Assembly (NCBI GenBank): GCA_963828255.1
Contig: CAWHDZ010000017.1
Span: forward strand, 145,150 to 209,149
Length of the DNA stretch: 64,000 nt
DNA from: an uncultured delta proteobacterium
Lineage (GTDB): Bacteria; Myxococcota; Myxococcia; Myxococcales; Anaeromyxobacteraceae
Reading direction: 5' to 3'
The notes beneath the pieces were generated by a model. The model had not been told where the DNA came from. It saw only the letters and a list, made by a program, of their open reading frames with translations, and did not search any database. The stretch's first letter is position 1, and each line of letters starts with the position of its first letter. Position numbers and translations under genes: made by a program. This document shows positions 56,551-64,000 of the stretch, piece by piece.

Positions 56551-56571
56551 ATGGTCCGCGGCGCGGACCAT
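56551..56571. other. Perfect inverted repeat upstream of the antitoxin gene
   Basis: ATGGTCCGCG-G-CGCGGACCAT. Confidence 0.6.
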
Positions 56572-56653
56572 GATTCGCCAATCAGCCAGGAATTTCGGGC
56601 CGCACGCGCGGGCCTGGCTTGTGCAGTGTTCGTGTCCTGATATGGAAACGGAC

Positions 56654-56914
56654 ATGGCCACGATCGTGCTGAAGGGGATTTCCGCGGAGTTGCACAGGCG
56701 GCTGGAACAGCGCGCCCGTGCGAGCGGGCGCAGCGTGAGCGGCGAGGTGATCGCCTGTCTCGAGTCGGTCGTCGGGCTGCCGGAACAGAGCACCGCCCAG
56801 GAGGAGAAGCTGCTGGCAGGGATCCGGAAGCTTCGCGAGGAGATCGCGGCGACGACCGGCCTTTCGGTCACGAACGAGCAGATCGACGCGGCCAAGCGGA
56901 AGGGACGCCCGTGA
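56654..56914 (+). CDS. Ribbon-helix-helix antitoxin (FitA/Arc-like)
   Basis: MATIVLKGISAELHRRLEQRARASGRSVSGEV; stop overlaps the PIN gene start. Confidence 0.85.
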   Translation: MATIVLKGISAELHRRLEQRARASGRSVSGEVIACLESVVGLPEQSTAQEEKLLAGIRKLREEIAATTGLSVTNEQIDAAKRKGRP

Positions 56915-57316
56915 TCGTGGTGGACACGAACGTCCTGGCGCGCCTGGTTCTCCCGGGCGTGGGCACTGCCCTCGCCGAAGCCGTTCATCGCCGCGACCCG
57001 GACTGGGTCGCGCCACCACTTCTCTACTCCGAGATCCGAAACGTCCTCGTGACGATGATCCGGCATGGTGAGCTCAGGAAGGAGCAGGCCCTCGCAGCGG
57101 CAACGGAGGCCGTGATCGTCATGAAGGGGGACCAGGTGCCGGCCGCCACGCCCGACGTCCTGGAGCTGGCGATGCGATCCGGCTGCACCGCCTACGACTG
57201 CGAGTTCGTCGCGGTCGCGAAGGACCTCGAGGCAACGCCTCGTCACGAGCGACCGGCAGGTTCTCGCGGCCTTCCCGGAGGTCGCGGTCTCCCCCGAGGC
57301 CTTCGTCGCGCATTGA
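56911..57316 (+). pseudogene. vapC: VapC/PIN toxin with a +1 frameshift near 57238 (true lesion or sequencing error)
   Basis: MIVVDTNV...SEIRN...TAYDCEFV in one frame; the canonical end LVTSDRQVLAAFPEVAVSPEAFVAH* is in the next frame. Confidence 0.8.
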
Positions 57317-57367
57317 ACGGGGATGGCCCCGTTTGCCGCCCCCGTCCCTGCGTGTTACATCCCCCTC

Positions 57368-57764
57368 GCCGGAGCCGTCCGGACGAACGCGTCGGAACTC
57401 GTGTCCGCCGAGGAAAGTCCGGGCACCACAGGGCAGGGTGCCGGTCAACGACCGGCCGGGGTGACCCGCGGGAAAGTGCCACAGAGAACAGACCGCCGAA
57501 CGGCGCCGCGAGGCGTGCGTGGCAAGGGTGAAACGGTGCGGTAAGAGCGCACCGCGTCCTGGGTAACCAGGGCGGCAAGGCAAACCCCACCCGGTGCAAG
57601 AGCAAATAGGGAGGCGTCTCCGTCGCAAGACGGGGTGTCGGGCGGCTCGCCCCAGCCTCCGGGTACGGCTCGCTAGAGACGCGCGGCAACGCACGTCCGA
57701 GAGGAATGTTCGTCACCGCCGGTTTTCCGGCGGGACAGGACCCGGCTTACAGGGCGGCTCCGGC
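57368..57764 (+). ncRNA. rnpB: RNase P RNA, bacterial class A
   Basis: GAGGAAAGTCCGGGC, GGGTGAAACGGTGCGGTAAGAGCGCACC, GGCAAACCCCAC, ACCCGGCTTAC; terminal P1 GCCGGAGCCG/CGGCTCCGGC. Confidence 0.96.
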
Positions 57765-57779
57765 ATTTGTTTAGCAAAA

Positions 57780-58073
57780 TCAAGATTTTACGCGTCGTCG
57801 TTTTCGCATCTGACTGAACTTCTGACGTATCTCGGTGACCGTGGCCCCTCCCGGGCTGAGGTCGACGGGCAGCGCGCCGCGCGCCTTCTCGCCGAAAAGG
57901 TCCGGCCGAAGATGGGCGTAAACCTCGGTTTGTACGATGGAATAGTGCCCGAGGATCTTCGACAGGACCTCGATGGTGTTGCCCTGGAGCCCCCAGTGGC
58001 TCGCGAAGGTGTGCCGGGTGCACCAGTACCAGACCTTCTCCGGCTTCTCGCCCTTGGCGGGACCTGCCCCCAT
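57780..58073 (-). pseudogene. Tyrosine recombinase/integrase C-terminal remnant
   Basis: TRHTFASHW...LSKILGHYSIVQTEVYAHL has the R-H, LGH and catalytic Tyr boxes; N-terminal domains are absent. Confidence 0.8.
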
Positions 58074-58374
58074 CCTTAGGCCAGTGACGATGTCCGATCT
58101 TGCGCTCGCTCGAATTCCATTGGAGTGAGGCCGCCGAGCGACCTGTGCGGTCTCCGTTCGCTGTAGTCCTCGAGCCACTCGCTGGGTCACCTGCTCATCT
58201 TCCACGTCGGAGCGGTGCCATTGGTTCTCGCCGGCGCGTGGAAGGGGTTGCACCGGCGATGATCAGCGCCATGGGGTGGAACTGAGGGTCCCTTCGCGAC
58301 AAAGAAGGCGGAGCGCCATGACCGAAACCGCCGACAGCAGACTGGACCGGAATCGCGATCGTCCCCCGCGCGGC

Positions 58375-59013
58375 ATGAGGGTCGCGGAGATCTGGAGGTA
58401 TCCAGTCAAGACCATGGCGGGCGAGATGCTGGAGCGGGTCACCATCGGCACGCTCGGCGTAGAAGGGGATCGTGTCGTTCACGTGGAGGACGCACAGGGG
58501 AGGGTGATCACGTCCCGCAGCCACCCGCGCTTCCTGGCGCACAAGGGCACGCTGGGCATCGACGGCGAGCCCCTGGTGGATGGCCGGCCGTGGCGAGGTC
58601 CCGAGGTCGCGACGGACGTCATCGACATCGCCGGGGGCGGGGCCCGCCTCGTTCGCTTCGATGGAGCCGAGCGCTTCGATGTACTGCCGTTGCTCGTGGC
58701 GACGGATGGCGCCATCGCCGCATTCGGCCATGACCGCCGACGCCTGCGCCCGAACATCGTGATCGGGGGCGTCGATGGCCTGACCGAGCGCGGATGGCCA
58801 GGTGGAACCCTTGGCATTCGCGGCGTCCGCATCGGCGTCCAGAACCTGCGCCAGCGGTGCATCATGACCTCGTTCGATCCAGACACGCAGGTCCAGGACA
58901 AGGGGGTCACCCGCAGCATCTACCGCCGCTTCGGAGGCACTCTCGCGCTCGACTGCTTCGTGATCGAGGGCGGCGAGATCGCGGTGGGAGATCCCGTGCG
59001 ATGGACGCCGTGA
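58375..59013 (+). CDS. MOSC domain protein (start may be 58318)
   Basis: IWRYPVKTMAGE, GDR, RRLRPNIVI, RCIMT. Confidence 0.9.
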   Translation: MRVAEIWRYPVKTMAGEMLERVTIGTLGVEGDRVVHVEDAQGRVITSRSHPRFLAHKGTLGIDGEPLVDGRPWRGPEVATDVIDIAGGGARLVRFDGAERFDVLPLLVATDGAIAAFGHDRRRLRPNIVIGGVDGLTERGWPGGTLGIRGVRIGVQNLRQRCIMTSFDPDTQVQDKGVTRSIYRRFGGTLALDCFVIEGGEIAVGDPVRWTP

Positions 59014-59047
59014 CGTAGCGGCCGTTCGGTCCTGGCTCGGGGACGGG

Positions 59048-59611
59048 CTACTTCGTGCCGAGGGTCTTGAGCAGCTCCAGGCCCTTGGCGTTCAGCTCCT
59101 TCGCCTTCGCAACGGCTCCGCTCCAGTCACCGGACTTGAACTGCTCGGTGGCGGCGGTCCACCCGGCCTCGAGCGACGTGAGGTCGGCGTGCGCCTTGGC
59201 GAGCGCCGCCTTGTCCAGGCCAGCCGGAGGCTTCTTCGCCCCTGAGAGCTGGTGCTTCGCGGCCTCAATCGTCTTGCTGATGCTGTCGCCGGCCCCCTTC
59301 CAGGCCTTCGTCAGCTCGGCCTTCGCCGCTTCCGCCTTCGCGAGCGCCTCCTTGGCCTTCGTCGGGATGTCCTTCGTGAAGGTGAGCGCGCCCTGGTAGT
59401 CCTTGTTCGCCATGGAGGCTTGCGCGACGGCGTAGCTCGATTCCAGCTTCTTGACCTCGTCCGGGACGTACTTCGCGGCGTCGCCCTTCAGGGAGTCCAT
59501 GGCCGCGCTCGCGGCTGCCATCGCCGCCTCGGCGGGAGCCTTGGCCGCGTCGGTACAGGCCGCCACGATTGCAAGGGGGACCACCAGGGCCATCGTCTTC
59601 CAGGAATTCAT
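59048..59611 (-). CDS. Alpha-helical Ala/Lys-rich lipoprotein (DUF4398-like, tentative)
   Basis: Lipobox IVAAC; two helical repeats (KDYQGAL / GDWSGAV); AAGGAG RBS. Confidence 0.7.
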   Translation of the reverse strand: MNSWKTMALVVPLAIVAACTDAAKAPAEAAMAAASAAMDSLKGDAAKYVPDEVKKLESSYAVAQASMANKDYQGALTFTKDIPTKAKEALAKAEAAKAELTKAWKGAGDSISKTIEAAKHQLSGAKKPPAGLDKAALAKAHADLTSLEAGWTAATEQFKSGDWSGAVAKAKELNAKGLELLKTLGTK

Positions 59612-59689
59612 CGCGGGTTCTCCTTCGAGGAATCTACGGGTTCGCAGCTGGGGTACGCCCACTTCAGTCACTAGCACGGAACATAGGTA

Positions 59690-59703
59690 AGTGCACATGC
59701 AAC
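59690..59703. promoter_or_regulatory. Operator-like motif, copy 1
   Basis: AGTGCA-CA-TGCAAC in the divergent intergenic region. Confidence 0.55.
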
Positions 59704-59793
59704 TAAAGTATCGGGACGGAGTGCCGCATACCCTTCGAGGGGGGGGGCGCGACTGTGCGTCGCCCGTTGAAGCCGGGCCGTGTTCCAGATATG

Positions 59794-59807
59794 AGTGCAG
59801 GTGCAAG
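59794..59807. promoter_or_regulatory. Operator-like motif, copy 2
   Basis: AGTGCA-GG-TGCAAG in the same intergenic region. Confidence 0.55.
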
Positions 59808-59992
59808 CGATGGCGGTCGGTCCACCTCGGTGTGATGCTCCACGGAGCGCGATGCGGGGGAGCACCAGGCGCGTCGCCTGATCTGGAGGAGCCGCCGGCA
59901 GGCCCAAATGGGCCTCGCTCGGAGGTGAACAACGATCGCCGATGTCTCGTCAGAGGAGCAGCAGTGCCCCAATCGACCGAAAGGACTCACCC

Positions 59993-60250
59993 ATGAAGCG
60001 CATCCTCGCAGTTGCCCTCATCCTTGCCTTTGCCGCCGTCGCCCAGGCCGACGGGGCCGCTACCTTCGCCGCCAAGTGCAAGGTGTGTCACGGCGCCGAC
60101 GGTGCTGGAGGCGCGATGTTCAAGGGCTCGATCAAGGGGCACAAGGAAGCCGAAGTCCTGAAGATCATCAACGAAGGCAAGGGCAAGATGAAGCCGATCA
60201 AGATCGACGACGCCCCTGCCGTCGCCAAGTACGTCTCCGGGATGAAGTAG
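59993..60250 (+). CDS. Small class I monoheme cytochrome c
   Basis: Signal peptide, CKVCH heme motif, GKGKMKP distal Met. Confidence 0.92.
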   Translation: MKRILAVALILAFAAVAQADGAATFAAKCKVCHGADGAGGAMFKGSIKGHKEAEVLKIINEGKGKMKPIKIDDAPAVAKYVSGMK

Positions 60251-60288
60251 GCGGACATCCCCGGCCAGGGCCCGGGACACGCCGACTG

Positions 60289-61086
60289 TTAGTGGTGGGG
60301 CTCGCGCCACTTGCAGACCCGTGGTCCCGTGCCGGCGAATTGCCTCTGGGCGACGGTGCCGGTCGCCCCGGACCCAGCTACGTCCGTGCGCGCCGGGACG
60401 ACGATGACGGTTCCTGCCGGTAACTCTTTCGAAAGCCCCGGCTTCTCCGCGCTGCCCGTCCCTTCGTGAAGCGATCCCGACAGCACGGTCCAGACAACTT
60501 CCCCGGGGGGTGGAGCAGGGGGCAGCGCTGTGAGCGCATCGGCCGGTAGCCGGAACCTCTCCACGTAGGGGCACCCCGGCATGCCGGGGTCTCCCGAGAG
60601 CACCGCTCGCTCAGCGCTTCCGGACGGCTTCCAGGCGATGTGGTCCGGCGTGAAGACCACTGGGTCCTCGACGGGAGGGCAATCCCTCGGTGATCGAATG
60701 GCAGAGACCTGGACCACGACCTCGTCCTCGGCCCACTCGAAGGTGATGGTGTTCGCCGGTACGACCCAGAAGCTGCCGGCGGGCAGGGACCGCATCCCGC
60801 CCTCGTCCCACCTCTTCCCAATCCCGAGGTGAATCGTGCCGGAAAGGAGCAGGTAGGTCCGGTCGGCAGGAGCCGAGTGGAGCGGAAGGCGAACGTCCTT
60901 GTGAAGGCGAACCAGTGTGACCGAGGGACAGTCGGGATCGACCACATCACCAAGTACCGGGACTCGATCGGCCAGGCCGAACTGCTCCCAGGCCCTGTCC
61001 GTAGGCCTGATGGTGACGCTCGGCGAGGCTGCCATGCCCATGACCGGCAGAAGAACTGCGACGACCAGCAGAATTCTCGGCATCAT
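60289..61086 (-). CDS. Exported tandem cupin-like protein
   Basis: Signal peptide; two repeats (GD...P.C...LSG.IH.G...LPAG). Confidence 0.7.
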   Translation of the reverse strand: MMPRILLVVAVLLPVMGMAASPSVTIRPTDRAWEQFGLADRVPVLGDVVDPDCPSVTLVRLHKDVRLPLHSAPADRTYLLLSGTIHLGIGKRWDEGGMRSLPAGSFWVVPANTITFEWAEDEVVVQVSAIRSPRDCPPVEDPVVFTPDHIAWKPSGSAERAVLSGDPGMPGCPYVERFRLPADALTALPPAPPPGEVVWTVLSGSLHEGTGSAEKPGLSKELPAGTVIVVPARTDVAGSGATGTVAQRQFAGTGPRVCKWREPHH

Positions 61087-61437
61087 TTGGTCCGATCCCC
61101 AGGGTCGGAGGGAGTTCCGGCCCTCGCCATGTGTCCAGCAAGCCCGCTTTCGAGCGCTGGATCGATCTCCAAGAAGGTGATCCCCATCCGGCCCATCAGG
61201 CTCATCCGGAAGTCGCCCGGCTTCATCCAGGCGACCCGCCCGGTGAACTTCCGGTCACGCCCTTCGAAGAAGATCACTCCCTTCGACCTGGGTGCCGACC
61301 GGAAGGACGCGCATCATCTCGGTGCAGAAGCCGCCGCGGCCGCAGTTGACGGCAAAGGCGCTCCCACCATTCATCACGACCCGCAGCCGCATCCGGTAGC
61401 GTGGGGCTCGCTTGGCGGAGCGGCTGCGGTCGAGCAT
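61083..61437 (-). pseudogene. PilZ-domain gene split by a +1 frameshift near 61279
   Basis: KRAPRYR and NCGRGG N-half in one frame; FTGRVAW...MGITF C-half in another; junction GAAGGGAGTG. Confidence 0.72.
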
Positions 61438-61470
61438 CGCGAAGACCCGTGGGGTCGAAGGTCCCGGCTC

Positions 61471-62196
61471 TCAGAAGGCCTGAACGTCGTCGCGACGGTT
61501 CTTCTGCCAGCACGCTTCCGTCTGCTCGAAGCAGGACGGACGTTGCCTCCCGTAGCTGACCGTCTTGATGGACCTGGCCGGAATCCCCAGGTGCCGAAGG
61601 TACTTCTTGGCGGCTTCCGCCCGGCGCTGTCCGAGGTGAAGGTTGTACTCGTCGGTGCCGCGCTCGTCACAGTTCCCCTCGACCTGGATGGAGGAGAAAT
61701 TCATGCGTCGGATGCAGTCGGCGTTCCGGGCGAGGATCTCCTGGGACTCCTGCGTGAGGGTCGCTCGGTCAAGCGCGAAGTGGATGGGCAGGAGCTTGCC
61801 GCCACCGGCCGGGCAGGCGGCCGGGGCCACGGTCACGCACTTGCCAGCCTGGCAGGCCTTGCCTGCCCCGCAGGTCGCGTCGCTCGTGCACTCCGGCGGT
61901 GGAGGTGGGAGGGTCACGCACGTCCCGGCCTGGCAGGCCTTGCCGGCCGCGCAGTCGCTGTTCCGCTCACACTCCGGGCGAGGAACGCACTTGGTGGAGC
62001 GGCAGACGAACCCGCTCTTGCAGTCGGTGTCCTGGCCGCACTCCTGGCACTTGCCCTCGACGCAGGTCTTGCCGTAGCCGGGCTGTGCGGAGCAGTCCTC
62101 GCTGGTCTTGCATTCGCCGTTCTTGGGCTTGGCCGGGCAGCCAGCCAGAAATGCGACGGTCAGGATCGAAACCACCACTCCAATCAGTCGGCGCAT
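61471..62196 (-). CDS. OmpA/Pal-like lipoprotein with Cys-rich repeats
   Basis: Lipobox LAGC; C..D.DC..G..C..G.C repeats; EGNCDERGTDEYNLHLGQRRA, SYG, NRR. Confidence 0.92.
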   Translation of the reverse strand: MRRLIGVVVSILTVAFLAGCPAKPKNGECKTSEDCSAQPGYGKTCVEGKCQECGQDTDCKSGFVCRSTKCVPRPECERNSDCAAGKACQAGTCVTLPPPPPECTSDATCGAGKACQAGKCVTVAPAACPAGGGKLLPIHFALDRATLTQESQEILARNADCIRRMNFSSIQVEGNCDERGTDEYNLHLGQRRAEAAKKYLRHLGIPARSIKTVSYGRQRPSCFEQTEACWQKNRRDDVQAF

Positions 62197-62227
62197 GCTC
62201 TCTCCTCGGTAGGCTGGTGGATACGCT

Positions 62228-62653
62228 TCACTGCCTTGCAACCTGGCCGGCCCAGGCGGGCTTCCCGGCGGCATCCCGGATGACGAGGGTGTCTCCACCG
62301 CGTGCCACGGACTGCGCGATGAGCCCCGACCCACCGTCGTAAGTGAACCTGGAACCCCGGACAGTCACCTCGTCGCCCTTGGCGAACTTGACCTTCTGGC
62401 GATCCACCCAGGTATCCGGTCCGAGGTGGACCGATACCTGGTCCTCACCGGCCTTCACGATGAGACGAACGCCCTTCGTGCCCTTGCCGTGTTCGACTCG
62501 CTGCTCGCCGAGGACGGTCCCGTTGACGGTGACCACCTTCGCCGGGTCGAACTTCACCTTGGCCGGCTTCTTCGAAGCGGGCGACTCGGCCTGGGCGAGC
62601 ACGGACTGGGGGATGAGCGTTGCGACGAGGAGCAGGATCGAAAGAGCCTTCAT
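62228..62653 (-). CDS. Exported OB-fold-like hypothetical protein
   Basis: Signal peptide; VTVNGTV...VHLGP...KGDEVTVRGS pattern. Confidence 0.65.
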   Translation of the reverse strand: MKALSILLLVATLIPQSVLAQAESPASKKPAKVKFDPAKVVTVNGTVLGEQRVEHGKGTKGVRLIVKAGEDQVSVHLGPDTWVDRQKVKFAKGDEVTVRGSRFTYDGGSGLIAQSVARGGDTLVIRDAAGKPAWAGQVARQ

Positions 62654-62707
62654 CTGGCGGACCTCCTGGAAGGGTCAATCGGCGCGCCGCCCGCGCCACG
62701 GCCGTTG

Positions 62708-63430
62708 CTATGGAATCTTCAAATCCACCCTGCGATTGGTTTGCCGGCAGTCCTCGGTGGATTCCGCGCAAGCGCGGCGGGTGTCGCCGTAGCTGATGGT
62801 GGAGAGGAGGGCACGGTGAACGCCCAGGCTCAGGAGGTACTTCTTCACCGCCTCCGCGCGCCGTAGGCCCAGCTTCACGTTGTATTCGGGGGTCTTCCCG
62901 TCGTCGGAGTTGCCCTCGACGACCGCTCTCTTCGGTCCAGCCGCCAGGCAGGATGCGTTCTCTGCCAGCGTCGCGCGCGACTTCTCCGTGAGGGTCGCCG
63001 AACCGGGGGGGAAGAAGACGCTGCCAAGTTCGCGGCAGGGGTCCGGCGGCGGCGCCGCGACCTGACAGGTGCCCGCGTCGCATACCTGCCCGGAGTCGCA
63101 CACGCGATCCCCGGAGCCTGGGCCGCACTGGGGCGCCGGGGCAGCCCACACGCACTTCCCGAGCTCGCAGGTTCGGCCCTTCCCGCAGTCGAAGGGAACC
63201 TCGCACTCCGGGCGCGGCACGCACTGGAAGCCCCTGCACCAGAACCCGGTCGTGCAATCCTTGTCCAGGCCGCACTCCCGGCACTCGCCGTAGAAGCAGA
63301 CCTTGCCGAAACCGGGCTGCTTCGCACAGTCGTCGTTCGTGTCGCACTTGCCGTTGTACCACTTGGGGTGGCAGCCACTCAGCGCCAGGATGACCAGGGC
63401 GGGGACGATCATCCGGATGGAGCGACGCAC
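62708..63430 (-). CDS. Second OmpA/Pal-like lipoprotein with Cys-rich repeats (start may be 63412)
   Basis: Lipobox LSGC; Cys repeats; EGNSDD...YNVKLGLRRA, SYG, NRRVD. Confidence 0.9.
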   Translation of the reverse strand: MRRSIRMIVPALVILALSGCHPKWYNGKCDTNDDCAKQPGFGKVCFYGECRECGLDKDCTTGFWCRGFQCVPRPECEVPFDCGKGRTCELGKCVWAAPAPQCGPGSGDRVCDSGQVCDAGTCQVAAPPPDPCRELGSVFFPPGSATLTEKSRATLAENASCLAAGPKRAVVEGNSDDGKTPEYNVKLGLRRAEAVKKYLLSLGVHRALLSTISYGDTRRACAESTEDCRQTNRRVDLKIP

Positions 63431-63477
63431 GGCTTCTCCCTGGACGAAACGGCGATGGTTGAATCGGAGGCCATGTC

Positions 63478-63491
63478 GTTGCAGGTGCAAC
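63478..63491. promoter_or_regulatory. Operator-like motif, copy 3 (perfect palindrome)
   Basis: GTTGCA-GG-TGCAAC upstream of the OmpA genes. Confidence 0.6.
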
Positions 63492-63542
63492 AACAAGAGT
63501 CTAAGCGGAAGAGCGTCGTCGCGCAAGGCGCACGCGAGTGCG

Positions 63543-63998
63543 CTACGGTTCAGCGCCCGGAACGGTCAGGGATGCCGTGAGTCGCCGGATGAACTTCCGC
63601 GCCAGCCGGACCTCGCTCGGCGTCGCCCCGGCGAGAGCCTCCCGCACGGCGCCCTCGACGGTTCCACGATGCTGTCCGTTGAGCAGCTTGCCGCGAGCGG
63701 TCAGCACCAGGCGCTGCTTGCGCCCGTCCACCTGGTCCAGTTCCCGTCGAACCAGCTTCCGCCGCTCCAGCCCGGCGGCGAGCCTGCTCACCGTCCCAGG
63801 GTTGAGGCTCAGCCTGCGAGCAGCCTCACCCGGTCCGCACCCGGGCGACTGACCCACGACGCGGAGGAGGAGCCTCTGGGGACCCGTGATTCCGAGATCG
63901 CGGTGCATCCGCTTGGACCGGGTCTCGAGCGCGTGGGCCAATGCCCAGAGAACCTGCATGACGTCCAGGACGTCGGGTGACGCATCCAGCCGCTTCAT
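63543..63998 (-). CDS. MarR family transcriptional regulator
   Basis: LGITGPQ..LL, TVSRL..GLE...LVRR...DGR...LVLTARG winged helix. Confidence 0.92.
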   Translation of the reverse strand: MKRLDASPDVLDVMQVLWALAHALETRSKRMHRDLGITGPQRLLLRVVGQSPGCGPGEAARRLSLNPGTVSRLAAGLERRKLVRRELDQVDGRKQRLVLTARGKLLNGQHRGTVEGAVREALAGATPSEVRLARKFIRRLTASLTVPGAEP

Positions 63999-64000
63999 TC

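Noticed and set aside
58247..58260. Fourth operator copy (GTTGCA-CC-GGCGAT) upstream of the MOSC gene
   Set aside because: Only one half-site matches

Overview
Very GC-rich bacterial DNA. Gene content and order suggest Myxococcota, probably Anaeromyxobacter-like (inferred). In order, the window holds: a (CGGAGT)19 microsatellite, a long hairpin leader and a four-helix-bundle gene; smc; a complete sigma54-promoted type II secretion operon (gspC-N) behind an NtrC-type activator; an Ig-like lipoprotein, rpmE, rho, an uncharacterised membrane protein coupled to a type IV pilin, ligA, acylphosphatase, a radical SAM fusion, RNase E/G, YihY and HU/IHF; a compact 10-gene degenerate type III export cluster with needle-like and rod-like genes, SctJ, SctQ, FliO-like and SctRSTUV but no ATPase or secretin; a DUF1704-type metallopeptidase and a VIT1 transporter; hisDBHAFIE; rpsU-yqeY-dnaG-rpoD-tRNA(CAT)-zinc ribbon-rnhA; a vapBC pair with a frameshifted toxin; rnpB; and an accessory segment starting with an integrase remnant at the rnpB 3' end (MOSC, lipoprotein, cytochrome c, cupin, split PilZ, two Cys-rich OmpA lipoproteins, MarR) that carries a recurring TGCA-N2-TGCAA operator-like motif. 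The best candidates for poorly described systems are the minimal T3SS-like cluster, the repeat/hairpin/four-helix-bundle module and the rnpB-associated MarR island. All calls come from reading motifs by eye; no searches were run.
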